The notes under the pieces were generated by a model. The model was not told the origin of the DNA, ran no database searches, and worked only from the letters and a program-made list of their open reading frames with translations. Below are positions 1-12,490 of a DNA stretch of 64,000 nt, one piece after another (position 1 is the stretch's first letter; each line of letters begins with the position of its first letter). Source of the stretch: Nemertoderma westbladi (lineage: Eukaryota > Animalia > Xenacoelomorpha); NCBI GenBank assembly GCA_032718475.1, contig JAUCBJ010006829.1:1-64000 (forward strand). Reading direction: 5' to 3'. The position numbers were made by a program, and so were the translations under genes.

Positions 1-1132
1 TATGCGTTAGGACCATGACGTAGTTAGGAAAGTCTTCTCCTCTCGATGAAGGGCGCCAAGCCACGGTGACAGGTATGCGGGGAAGCAGTGGGTGACGTCA
101 AACCGTTACTTGAGCACAGTGCGGCACGTAGCGTTACTGGGGATATTATATAGCAGAGCGTATGGGTGTCATGTGTATGTATGATGGGGTTGTTTAAGGA
201 AAATTAGTCCGTGACTGTGTTAGTTGTATTTATGTCGGTAAGTGTTGGTTAATCCGTCTGTTTACTTTTGTAATTTTTATTTAATCTTTATAAATCTAAG
301 TCTGCCTTTGTTGTATCAACCTATTCCAGATTCCACATCCCCTTCTTTCCTCTCACATCTCACATCCTATCTTCTTATCTTATGCTACAGTCGGGTTGTG
401 ACATGGCTTCTGTGTGTCTGTTGTGCAAGTGTAAAAATTAGATGGACACCTAAGTGTGTTCTTTACACTAAGTTCACGGCACCTAGTTAAGACCATTAGT
501 TTCACAACTTCAGAATAATTTGTGATATTTAGTTTGCAGTTTTATTATGGGATTTAGACGGGAAGGATTCTAGTTGACGCTAAGGGCCGGGAACTCGGTA
601 AGTGCTTGAACCTTTCTACCTGTTGACTGCTTTCATATGACCACTTGAACTCGACTTATCACTACTTGTATCTCCTGTATGCGTGTGACTTGAGTTACAT
701 TTTAACAGTTTATAACTGCACTATGACATCGGCTCAGATTTATATTTATATTTAAACGCTTTTACTTTTACTTGGACAACAGATCGGGTTTTCTTGCGTG
801 TGTGTGTCCGTAGTCCGTGAATTCTTCCTGCTATAATAGCGGTACTATTCAGCCATTATTTGTCACCACAATCTCTCTCTTTTGGCTTAATTATTAAGTT
901 GCGTAATTTTCGCTTGTCAGAATTATTATTGTAAATGCACATTGCGTCCGCGCGACTGGTAATCGCGCCTTTCGTCCTATTGGTTTATTAGGGAGCTATT
1001 TGATCGCATTAGTTTGTCGTTTATACATATGTGCCCTTCGAGGGGTTTATTGCAATTGTTAGGCAAGAACCCTGATAGCAAAATAGACACATGTTTGGAT
1101 GTATTACGAAACAAACATGGATGATGTATTAC

Positions 1133-1230
1133 ACATTGATACAACATTGATACAACATCGATACATTTTACATTGATACAACATTGATACATTTTACATT
1201 GATACATTTTACATTGATACATTTCACATT
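1133..1230. repeat. Short tandem repeat with ACATTGATAC core (11-15 bp units)
   Basis: About 7-8 visible copies of acattgatac(a/atttt). Confidence 0.8.
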
Positions 1231-1389
1231 ATATATTGTACTATATTGTGGATTGGAAATTAAAGTGACCGTCCTCTGCAACTCTCCAAGTTTATCTAAT
1301 ATTCATAAATCGAAAACTTAAATACTAGCGTTAAAATTGTTAACGCCCCCTAGTGGCCGTGATGCCCCCCCCCCCCCCCCCCCTTTAAT

Positions 1390-3475
1390 TGTCAGCAAGA
1401 TAACTAGACATCCATGAAAGAAAACTTCCTCCCACACCCATATTAGCCAATTTGTAGAGTAAACCTTTAAGATGCACCTTGTCGAACACTTATATAGAGA
1501 AAAACAATGCGAACCAGCCACCTTCTTTCCTTCAATCGAGTGCCTTGGCTAGTGCATCGTACAAAGATATCAGCTGGTAAATAGCCCCGTCACCCTTTTC
1601 GTAGCCAGACATTTGTAGCCTGGAATTTGGATAAGAAATTAATGATATAATTGTAAAGAACACTATGTATCGAACGCTCGAAAAATTACTAGTCAGTTCG
1701 ATAGGCCTGAAATGTGCACAAAAAAACAAAATATCAGTTTTAGGTAAGGGAAAAACAAAACGAGACTTCCAGGCTTTAGGGTGTGTTGCATTGTCAAAAT
1801 ATATTGAAACAAACGGACTATTTCGTTAATAACAACGGGTAGGCCGGCTTTGAGCATTTTATTAGATACATCATCAACAGGACAAGAAGCCCCATCAGAG
1901 TCAATAAGTTTCAGGTCCAAGTTTCAGGTACAAAACTATCCTGGTTAAAATTTACAGTAGTTAAAGTAGGCTGCGGTACTGCATTTGCTGGTAGTACGAG
2001 TGATGAGTCATCTAGTATATATTGGTCACAAAAAAATTTGTTAAAAAGCTCGGCCTTTTCAAGTGACGTCATAGCAGTAACATTATTATATGATACGACT
2101 GGGATATTACGATGGTGCTCGGCACTTATACGGGATTTACAAATAGACCACCACTGTTTGCTAGAAACAGAGCAATTTGATAGTTTATTTGAAAGTGTTG
2201 TAAAATAATTTTTCTTTGCAGTGCGACAATCCGATATGTAATGGTTACGTATTGAGCGAAAGGCTAACCAAGAGCTATATTATAGCTATAGCTTATTATT
2301 TTTGGCCAGCTTGTGAAGACGCTCTTTTTTAGCGACACAGCTTCGTAAATACGTTGTGTACCAGGGTTTATCGTTAGGCCTGACAGTTACAACCTTGTTC
2401 GGTATTGCAGTATTGGCACAGGACATAAATGTTGAAAATCAAGCCGATACAACCTCGTCCACAGTGTGGAACTCATTATATATGTTGTCCCAATTGGCTG
2501 CAATTAAAAGTTGGCGAAATAAATTTAAATTTGCATGTTTATATAACCAGATACTCATAGAGAATGCTGGTTCATGGTTAATGGGAAAATTATATTTAAA
2601 ACAGATAACAGAATGGTCACTGCTACCTATAGGTAACTGAACGTTAACATCAGATACGACATTAGGTAAGGAGGTAATAATTATAGGTAAGGAGGTAATT
2701 ACAAGCAGAAGGAGAGATTAAGATGTTGGAGTAATGCGTGTTGGCGCGCTCACCCATTGAAAAAAACCTTGGTGGCCAATAACATAAATTACGACTCTTT
2801 TTCACAGTTAGTAGATCTTGGTTAAAATCACCAAGTAAAATAATTTCGTGGAAGCCCATTCCCTTATTGCATGTAAGATTCCCTTAGCTTTATTTACCAT
2901 ATCATTTACTGACTCCCAAAACATGGTATCGGTATGATAGGGTCTATAAAAAAGCCCAATAATAAATTTTTTGTTTACTGATTTACAGGATAACCATAAT
3001 GATTCATAATTAGGTGCAATGCATTAAATTAATAATTCGCGCTTATAAGTAATGGAATTTGATATATATAAGGCGAGGCCACCCCCAAGTGAGTTTCTGT
3101 CTCGTCCTACTGTATAGGATCACAGAAGTTAGATACTCTAAACATTTCAGATTTATGTTTTTCCATGAACCAAGTTTCAACTACAGCGATAATATCAAAA
3201 TCCATATATAGCCTATTAGGTAGAAAGTCCCAATTTGCAACTAAATAACGGATGTCCGTTTGCATAAAACTGATTGGGGATGGCCCTGGGTTGCGGTGAA
3301 AATCACCAGCAACAAGCAAAAAAATTACAATAGCAAAAAGTAATAAGATTAATTGGTTGAACATTAAAAAAAATCCAATGAAAGTTGATGCAAAAACATT
3401 GGGCATAGATATTCTACAAAGGTTTCTGTGAAAATTACCTATTGCAGCTCGCCATTGACCAATATCAATACCCAT
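1390..3475 (-). mobile_element. Decayed CR1/L2-group APE-type LINE ORF2 (N-terminal leader, APE endonuclease, linker, 5' half of RT)
   Basis: Collinear minus-strand motifs across stops and frameshifts. APE: DIIAVVETWF, RDRNSLGGGLALYI, IIGLFYRP, IILLGDFN. Linker: IPNKVVTVRPNDKPW. RT: FRPIELTSNFS, QLISLYDALAKALD, FDKVHLKGLLYKL..MGVGGSFLSWMSSYL. Confidence 0.85.
3281..3304 (-). other. 2A-like (ribosome-skipping-like) motif DFHRNPGP directly before the APE domain
   Basis: ORF 3107-3475 reads hydrophobic stretch + LLVAGDFHRNPGP and then APE. It resembles D(V/I)ExNPGP but lacks the conserved Glu. Confidence 0.6.
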
Positions 3476-3624
3476 TATTTATAAATGGATACAATGTAAA
3501 AAAGAAAATTTGAAATAGTAATGCGAAGGAGAGCTGCAATAGGCAAGTAGTGAAACACACAAAATTATAAAACTACCCAAAACGAGAAAAATAAAAAGTA
3601 ACAGCAAATATGCATGTTAATTCC

Positions 3625-3993
3625 GCATTGTATCAAGTACAATGCACACATCTCCAACCAGACACTATATAACATTGGAGGTGTCTCATTGGTTCCCCCA
3701 AGCTTGACACTAGAACAAAATCGCCTCCGCTTTCCAGGACATTGCTTTCGCCGTGAGGACCAGCCAGTGCATAATCTTTTACTTTGGCAGCCTCATGGAG
3801 TGAATAAGCATGGTGGACAGCCCATGACTTTCTTGAGATGCATCTTAAAGGACACTGGCCTTGAAGATGCGGATGATCTAGCAAATGTCATGGGTGATAG
3901 GGAGTTGTGGCGGCGCAATTTTGTTTACAAGCCGGCACAGCATTCTTAAAAATGCAGCTGCAATGCAGCATGCCGATCCTAGTAGTAGTAGTA
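3625..3993 (+). mobile_element. 5'-truncated RTE-type LINE 3' end with (TAG)n tail and 11-bp TSD
   Basis: C-terminal motif RLRFPGHCFRR..P...LLWQPHG...G.P..T...DRELWR; tail tagtagtagtagta; TSD ATGTTAATTCC at 3614-3624 and 3994-4004. Confidence 0.9.
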
Positions 3994-5491
3994 ATGTTAA
4001 TTCCACTAGTTAGTGCATTCCTTATTTTGCAGCTGTAGTCTGGCAGAAAATAGACCACATTTCATGAGTATATAATGGAATGGGCAAACACAAAATCACC
4101 AAACATAGCATTGTAAGCACACATACACATATACACAAAAAGGGCATACTGGTAGTGCCAGTAATATATACAATAAAAACAACAAGTGACCCCCCCCCCC
4201 CACCCCCCACTCCCCCACTCCATGCTCATAACCCATTCCTGTTATTCCCTAGTGCTGTTACCAGCACTGTTACCAGCTGGGCTGTGGACTTATAATCGAC
4301 CTCAGTGGACAAAGGCTAACAAAGGCCCTAAGAGAGGCAGAAACAGGGCTTGGTTAGCTGACCAATGGGAGGCCAGCACATGTCGATTTGGAGTGTATTG
4401 GTTGGAGGCAAGCAGTGTATTTCCCCTATATATATTTTCAGTCATTCATTGTGCAACCAGTTGGCATTCTATTCCATATAGTGTAGATATGAAATAGTTT
4501 CCACCGCTATGCTATACTACGCTATGCTAGGCTATGCTAGGCTGAGCTACCGGTCCGGTACTACAGTATTCATTCAGTTGATTACAGGATTAACAGTAAA
4601 GTTCACTAAGACTTGTTACCACACACTATTTGAGAATTGCGCCAGTCGTCCCTTACCATCATTTGGATTTCTGCATCGTCTCCAATTTCTCGGAGTTTAA
4701 GCATATAATCATCAAAAAATCAGTTCTTTCAGGTAATTTTCATTATATATTTTTTTAAATTTAATTATAACTTTTATAATTCAAATTTATATACAATGAT
4801 AATATAATGCATTATTATTTGTAAGATGACTTTGTTAAGAAATAGAAAATCGAGGAAGGACATCAGAGTGGGTGAACCAGCGATATTCACTCACACGTTT
4901 CAGAATATCAGGCCTCATCATAGCATAAACCATTTCGGCAAATCTCCGCAAGAATCGCAGAAAACCTATAGAAATAAATAATTTTGGTTTTTTAGTGAAT
5001 ATTTCAATTTCATGAATATTGTAAATTTTGCACCACATCCATTGTTTGCAGATTTGATATTCTCAGCGAATTTCGCACATAATTGGCATATATACAGTAT
5101 ATATAACAAATCCCCTATTCATTATACCCAATATCAACAACTCAGTACACTCCCAAGAAATGTTCTAGAACACAATTTTGGTGTAGCAAAAAGGAGCATG
5201 ATAAAATATTATAAAAATATATTTTTTGCTATTTACTTCTTATATTATACGGTACAGAGATATTATAGGCCTACAAGAGCTGGTAGTTTCAGATTTAGCG
5301 GTATTTTTTTGACACCAAAAGTTCAAGTGAAGCGCGACAAAAAATCTTAAACGTTTTTCCGTATTGCAATTTTAAAAAGGCATTGTTTTTCTCAGTTAAG
5401 GGATATAGGATTTGGGGGCCGTGCGGTTCTCTTGACCAAGCTCCAGCCTGGGCATTTCCATTGTAAGGGAATAATTAGGAGCCCGCTTGAC

Positions 5492-5529
5492 TACTACTAG
5501 GATCGACATGCTGCATTGCAGCTGCATTT
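5492..5529 (-). mobile_element. 38-bp extreme 3' end of the same RTE-type LINE with 17-bp TSD
   Basis: Reverse complement of aaatgcagctgcaatgcagcatg(t)cgatcctagtagta; TSD TTAGGAGCCCGCTTGAC at 5475-5491 and 5530-5546. Confidence 0.9.
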
Positions 5530-5822
5530 TTAGGAGCCCGCTTGACAGCGGGATACTTACTGTAATAAGAATCTCAGGGATACTTTCTGTAAAAATCTCA
5601 GGATACATTACACTGACTGACATACTGACTGATAATTATCTAGGTTAAGGCACTTCCTGCCTGGAGATTTTGATGAAATTTTGCAAGTACATTGCTTTGG
5701 TGGTTCATAATCGCGTTGCAAAATTTCAGATTCGATATATTTAGTTTTTTGACATTGTTTTGTCGCGAAATTAAAAGCAATGGTAAAATAACAGCTGGTG
5801 TTCATGATGAAATATGGCTTAA

Positions 5823-7132
5823 CCCTTTCACTACTGATTCAAGATTGTATGTGTTCCCCACGTACTGATGTCTGTCGGTCTTTCTGTCAGTTTGTCTGTC
5901 AAGACTTAAGAAAGAATTAAATCTACTAACATTCTCGCTTTGGGGGTTTTAAGGGTTTGTGATTTCATTTCTGATGTCAGTTTTTACGACTGACCAACTC
6001 TAGGCTGTCTGTGTCTGTATGTATGTCTGTTTGTCTGTCAGTCTGTCTGTCAAAAAATAAGGTAGCATATTATGTAATAAAAACATTCGCTATGGGGTTT
6101 TCTAGGTCTCTGATTTCATTTCTGATGTCCTTTTTTACGTCTGACCAACTCTAGGCTGACTGTGTCTGTATGTATGTATGTTTGTCTGTCAGTCTGTTTG
6201 TCAAAAAATAAGGAAGCATATTATCTAATAAAAACATTCGCTATGGGGGTTTTCTAGGTCTCTGATTTCATTTCTGATGTCAGTTTTTACGACTGACCAA
6301 CTCTAGGCTGTCTGTGTCTGTATGTATGTCTGTTTGTCTATCAGTCTGTCTGTCAAAAAATAAGGAAGCATATTATGTAATAAATACATTCGCTATGGGG
6401 GTTTTCTAGGTCTCTGATTTCATTTCTGATATCACTTTTTACGACTGACCAACTCTAGGCTGTCTGTGTCTGTATGTATGTCTGTTTGTCTGTCTGACAG
6501 TCTGTACTATTGGCCTGACACATATGCCATAGTACAGTTAATTGTAAATAAGGTTATAATCACCTTTATCACAGACCGATATTTATGACAGACATACAGA
6601 CACAGACAGCCATCTGACTGACAAACTGACATCAGAAATGAAATCAGAGACCTGGAAAACCCCCATGGCGAATGTTTTCATTACATAATAATGCTTCCGT
6701 ATTTTTTGACTGACAGACAAACAGACATACATACAGACACAGACAGCCTAGAGTTGGTCAGTCGTAAACACTGACATCAGAAATGAGATCAGCTACCTGG
6801 AAAACCCCCATGGCGAATGTTTTTATTACATAATATGCTTCCTTATTTTTTGACAGACAGACTGACAGACATTTTATTACCAGTACCAGCAGGCCTTTAT
6901 ATTCCATTATACTTACTGCTCTACAGCCCTACCAAAAACCAAAACAACCAATTAAAATTTGAAATTACCACTTAATTTTGTTATGAGGAAGAGTACTGAA
7001 CATGTAATGGGTATGTCAGCTATCAGACTGACATGTTTAGGTGGCCATAGAGCTCCTAGTACTTCGTGGCATAACACCTAGGCCATAGTACAGTAGGTGT
7101 GACCTAACTGTTATGCCATAGTAGTGAAAGGG
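5823..7132. mobile_element. Non-autonomous piggyBac-type element (MITE) with internal ~151-bp repeats
   Basis: TTAA at 5819-5822 and 7133-7136; 13-bp TIRs CCCTTTCACTACT / AGTAGTGAAAGGG; about 4 tandem 151-152 bp units (ctgat(g/a)tc.. at 5971, 6122, 6274, 6426) plus inverted partial units at ~6590-6870. Confidence 0.88.
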
Positions 7133-9049
7133 TTAATATGTTATACACAGTCATAGAAAAACGTGTTGGTTGCCAAGTTTTACTAGTAGGCTATAAGGAA
7201 AGGCAATGTTTACTCACACATAAGCTGTTGGTTTCTAATGTATTACCCCATAAGCTGATTGCTTTCCCAGTGCTTCCTAAGGGTATATATACAATAAGGT
7301 TACTCACTCTGCTATGTTAGGGGGTGGATCAGGAGAATGAATTTTAGTTACACAAAGTAGTGTGTTGTGTCCTATTGCAGTTGTTACTCACAGTGGATTG
7401 CAAAATGTTTAATAGTTGACCTACAGTATAATATAGTAGTTGCATGTATTTAGGGAACCCGCTCTGGCCTACCGCCTAAGTTAGCAGGAGTACCTATATT
7501 ACATATTCACATAGGATTCACTGGGAAGAGATATTCCGCTAGACGACGGGGTAATACCTATAGAAGGAAACTAAATTTGTTATTTGGCTCTATTCGTTGT
7601 TATTCATCTGGTTGTGCATCATGGGCATTTTTTATAAATATTCGGTAATCGTATCTTATATATTTTAAACGTGCTTGATAATGAAATCATTTGCTTCAAA
7701 TTATATTTTTGTTAGTGGTAGCAAAGTTGCATTGTTTATTATATGGGGCGAGCCACAAAGTCAGCTATCTCACACCTTCCAGTTTAGACAATTGTTTAGT
7801 TTACTTACGGCTGACTGACATAGTTCTTTGTAATAGTCTTGGCTAGGATTTTTCCCCCGGGCTCCTGTTCCCCCGGTCCCCCGGTTAGATATTAAAAAAA
7901 ATTAATTTAATAATGTGAATATTTAGAATATTATATTACAGTAATAATAATTAAAAATACGAATGTTCTTATTAATTTGACATTTTGTTTGTATTCTTGT
8001 GCGAGACTCTAGAGGTGTGACCTAGTTATTCTATACCTAAATACTGCCTGATATCTAGATTGTAAGGGCTTGATGTTTTTTCGCCCCCGATTTTTTTTTA
8101 TTTCCCTTAGCACCTTAGGTATTAGATACCTAATTAAACTTCCTGTACTTTTTGCCTGATTCCTGTTTTTCTCTCCTAACAAATGCATTTGATCTTGCTT
8201 AGTATCCTGGAACTTCACAATGGATAATGCGCTGTTAGAGTTTGACGCACAGCACTACTTCCTTGATACACTCTCAAACAAGTAAGGTTACTTTCCACTA
8301 TTACCCCGTAATGGTGTTTTGCGGGATATGTTTTTGGATCCTGCATTGGAGCCAAAGACGTAGCCCCTAATGGATGAGGTTTTATTTCCAAGGTGAGTTA
8401 ATACATGATGAAGCTCGATTAGATATTTCGGCGCTGAGTGTAACAACCAACTCCCGCCAACCAACACCCGCCAAACAACCTAGATGAAAGTAATTTAAAT
8501 CAATATGTATCTAAATAACATCTAATAATAAATAAAACCAAATTATAAGGGTGTTCCACAAAATTTGACAAGATTTTGTTTTTTTTTAATAACTTTGCGC
8601 AATGTAAACCTAATTTCCTAATTTTGGTGGCAATCAGAAGCCAAAAGATGAACTTAAAGTTTGGTTTGGGTATGGAATACTTTAGTTGCGGAAACATACT
8701 TAGTTACTTAGTTATGGAAACATACTATATTGTTCTGAAAATTGGTATGAAATGTTCTCAGAAATTTATTCGGGAGATGTTGAATTTTAGACAAATTTTA
8801 AATATTGATCTAAATTAAGTATTATTAGTGAAGTCAGAGAGTGAAGTCAGGTGAAGTGGGAATCTAAATTTACTTATTCTAGAAAAAATAATCTATCTGG
8901 TACCTCATAGTGTGTTTTAATTGCGCATGTTACAAAAATATTGGTTGTCTACTGTTATTGATGTCTTCGTGGTTAGGCCTACAGTCACTACATAATTACA
9001 GCATATAAACGTGTTTGGTGTACAAATAGATGTCAATTTAATAACTAAT

Positions 9050-9965
9050 AAATATGTTTAGAAAGTTTTCATCATAAGTAAGTTTTTTGAGCTGAAATCT
9101 TCAAAACTTGTATCACTATAGTATTCATACCATAAATATCCTGGATAAAGGCGACCTACAAGGAAAGACATCTAAGATTGTCATTAAATTTCGTGACGAA
9201 AACGCACTTGTGCGTAAGAAAGGTTCCGGTAGACTGCCCCTTAGCGAAAATGTTGTTAATAATATTAGACAACATTTAACCACACACCCAGAGTGGGTCG
9301 TGTTGGATGTGTTAGTCTCGGATGTTTGGATAGGACTGCAAAGAATCTCTACTGTTGAGCTTACAAACTCAAAATCATTCAAGGACTACAATCTTCAGAT
9401 TACGCAACACGAGTTGGAGCCGCTTCTAAAATTGCCGAATTCCTCCATGATAGGACCTAAGTAATGTGTTCTTCAGCGAGGATGCAACTTTCCATATCAA
9501 CGGCCAAGTCAACAGGTGGAAAATTGTAGGATTTGGGGAAAGGAAAATCCTCACAAAATTGTAGAAATGTTTAGGGATACCACAAAGGTAGGTGTGGGCT
9601 GCAATCTCCGAAACCAAACAATTTGTCCCCTATTTCTTCCCACATTCTGCTGTCAACAGGTTATCTTACCTAGACATGCTAAAGGACTACTTTGTTCCCT
9701 CCCCAATTAGCAAATCTCTACACGGCAATCTTTCAACAAGATGGTGCACCACCCACTGGGGCTTATTGGTAAGAGAGTATTTGAATGAAAACTTTCAGGG
9801 ACCATGGACCGGTCGAGATGGTCACGTAAAGTGGCCACCACGATCACCTGACATGAAGGATCTTGGATTTTAGTCTTTGGGGGCATGTGAAAAATCTAGT
9901 GTACGCCCAGAATCTGCACAATGTTGAGGAACTGAAGGCGGTAATTCGAGGTGCATTTTGAGAAA
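9050..9965 (+). pseudogene. Decayed Tc1/mariner-superfamily transposase, DD41D (rosa-like) type
   Basis: Frameshifted motifs KKGSGR, VFFSEDATFHINGQVN, NCRIWGKENPH, VWAAIS..PYFF, FQQDGAP.H, VREYLNENF..W.GRDG..WPPRSPD...LDF.LWG..K..VY. After frameshift repair there are 41 residues between the second and third Asp. A possible left terminus lies near 8546 (agggtgttcca). Confidence 0.85.
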
Positions 9966-10344
9966 AATTTGGCCTCTACCATAAAACGACGGCTTGTGTA
10001 AAGTTTTATAGAATAAGTTGGCATAATTACATTGAATTCTCCGCATTTCCAGTACCCCACTTCCACGGACTACAAACCGGTATAATGCCAATAATTTTAG
10101 AAGGCAAAGACGCAGTGCAACAGTATTTTGATTAAATTATTAAGAAAGTCTTATTTAAGAGTTTCTAATTGAAACATCGTTTCATCTAATAAATTAAAAA
10201 AATTTATGTGGGTGAAAAGTTATGTACCGATAGAGCAGTAGTAGCGCTAGTAGGTAGTTGACTTAGGTGTTCGATTTGCGTTTCGATTTCGGGTGGGGCC
10301 ATTATCCCCTTGCCCCTCCGCCCTTGTACCCTACAACTTTTAGA

Positions 10345-11281
10345 TGTCTTACATACTGTTTGTCATCACAGTTATCAACATCTGCAAAGAAAGCTAGACT
10401 CTTACAAAACTCCCAATCGCAACCTACGCATCACAATACTGGTATGCCAACCACAAGGACATTCTCACAATAGAGCAGTTACAACATCGTTCAACAAGAT
10501 GGATGCTCAATTCCTCTCAAACAAAGAACGTCTTTCCGCACTCAAACTACTGCCGTTATCACTATATCTACAACTGCATGACCTCCTTCTACTATCAGCT
10601 ATTCTCCATAAGCTGCTACTATTAGCTACCATAAGCTAGATACTATCAGCTGTCCATAAGCATGGTGGACAGCACATGACTTTCTTGAGACGCATCTTAA
10701 AGGACACTGGCCTTGAAGATGCGGATGATCTAGCAAATGTCATGGGTGATAGAGAGTTGTGGCGGTGCAATTTTGTCGATAAGCCGGCACAGCATTCTTA
10801 AAAATGCAGCTGCAATGCAGCATGGCGATCCTAGTAGCTATTCTCAACAAGAAGTACGAATTCAACTGGAAACCTTACAGCTAACTATCTTCCGGCAGTA
10901 CATCCCGCACCTCGACCCGCCTCCCGCAGCTGTTCATTCTACACTTACTTCGCCACTCTTCATTGACCTTTAATTTCTGGTGCCGCTCGCATCGACTAGC
11001 CAACCACCTGCCTGCAACAATAAACTTTCTCAACCCTGTCGGAATCAAACAACGTCTGTCGCTACTATTCTGGAACCTTTTCATGACCAAATACAACGAA
11101 CACTCACCCTGCACCTGGATACTCGCCTGCTCTTGCTCCAACTGCCTGCCTGTAAATCCCGATCTCCAACGTTTCTACCACAAACTCTACTGACAAACTC
11201 TATTATAGGACTACGTACTTTGGTTACGGGTACACACCCATCAAGTGCACACAGCTATTGTAAATTATATTATTATTATAC
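10345..11281 (+). mobile_element. 3' fragment of a CR1/L2-group LINE (interrupted by a nested RTE end)
   Basis: Motifs PIATYASQYW..DILTIEQLQHRSTRW, KERLSALKLLPLSLYLQLHDL and terminal CTWILACSCSNC; (TAT)n tail; a homologous copy lies at 51836-52447 on the minus strand. Confidence 0.85.
10607..10835 (+). mobile_element. RTE-type LINE 3' end nested in the CR1/L2 fragment, 10-bp TSD
   Basis: 10656-10835 matches ~3804-3984; TSD AGCTATTCTC at 10597-10606 and 10836-10845; the empty site is present in the copy near 52210. Confidence 0.9.
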
Positions 11282-11324
11282 ATGATTACTGGCTTTTAAT
11301 CAAAAAATGTATAGATATATAAAG

Positions 11325-12490
11325 CATACACGAAGTGGGGCCTTCGCGCAGCACGTGAAATGAGTTAATGCTAAGTATCAACTCGAAAGGATTATAAAAA
11401 CATAGGAGAAGATTTTCCCGGAAAACGTTAACCCTCTAGCGGGAGACTGGGTAACTGAAGAAGGAAGGATTAGTTTCCCTACAAAGCCACATCCTATGGT
11501 CTATTACATATCTGCCAAATTTCAGCATAAATGGATTAAAAGCAAAGAAATGGGAGGACATTTAACGTTTAGACATGTGGCCCTCTAGCAGGAGACTATT
11601 GCTCTGATGGTGTCTGAAAGTCTCTCAAACGTCTCAACTTTTGATCATATTGATGCCTACAAATTTTCAACTTGGCAGCTTTAAATTCGACAAAGTTATA
11701 AGCATGTCAATATCATAACGACGACAACGATTTCACTTTCAGACATTTGGCCCTCTAGCGGCAGACTGGAGAACTGCAGATGGATTCGCCTCCTTTGAAA
11801 GTCACAGCTAATGGTCTAATACATATCTGCCAAGTTTCAGCTTAAACGGATTAAAAGCAAAGAAATGGGAGGGCATTTAATGTTTAGACATGTGGCCCTC
11901 TAGCGGGAGACCATTGCACTGATGGTGTCTGAAAGTCTCTCAAAAATCTCAACTTTAGCTCATATTGATACCTACAAATTTTCAACTTGGCAGCTTTAAA
12001 TCCGACAAAGTTATTAGCATGTCAAAATCGTAACGACGACAACGATTTCACTTTCAGACCTTTGGCCCTCTAGCGGCAGACTGGAGAACTGCAGATGGAT
12101 TCGCCTCCTTTGAAAGTCACAGCTAATGGTCTAATACATATCTGCCAAGTTTCAGCTTAAACGGATTAAAAGCAAAGAAATGGGAGGGCATTTAATGTTT
12201 AGACATGTGGCCCTCTAGCGGGAGACCATTGCACTGATGGTGTCTGAAAGTCTCTCAAAAATCTCAACTTTTGCTCATATTGATACCTACAAATTTTCAA
12301 CTTGGCAGCTTTAAATCCGACAAAGTTATTAGCATGTCAAAATCGTAACGACGACGACAACGACGACGACGACAACGACGACGACGACAACGACGACGAC
12401 GACGACGACGACAACTATTTGCATAAATTGACCCACCCCCTAACAGTGTCAATTCGCTAAGGCTCCGCCAACTTCGTGGCTCGCCCCACA
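11325..12490. mobile_element. Helentron-associated (HINE/DINE-1/pearl-like) element with 315-bp dimeric internal repeats and GAC microsatellite
   Basis: Subunits start with CCCTCTAGC(G/A)G at ~11432, 11581, 11751, 11896, 12066, 12211 (315-bp period). (GAC/AAC)n at 12348-12413. Subterminal inverted 8-mer CACGAAGT (11329) / ACTTCGTG (12471), with a small terminal hairpin gcca-acttcg-tggc. Confidence 0.55.

Noticed and set aside
1-970. Possible LTR or transposon end at the window start
   Set aside because: No partner repeat, TSD, PBS or PPT could be identified within the window.
1340-1390. Poly-C tract next to TTAA that truncates the CR1/L2 RT; possible Kolobok-like terminus or G4-associated break
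   Set aside because: No matching second terminus was found, so the explanations cannot be told apart.
8009-8400. Faint RT-like words on the minus strand; also a faint hAT-like stretch at 19150-19460
   Set aside because: Too decayed to support a call without a profile search.
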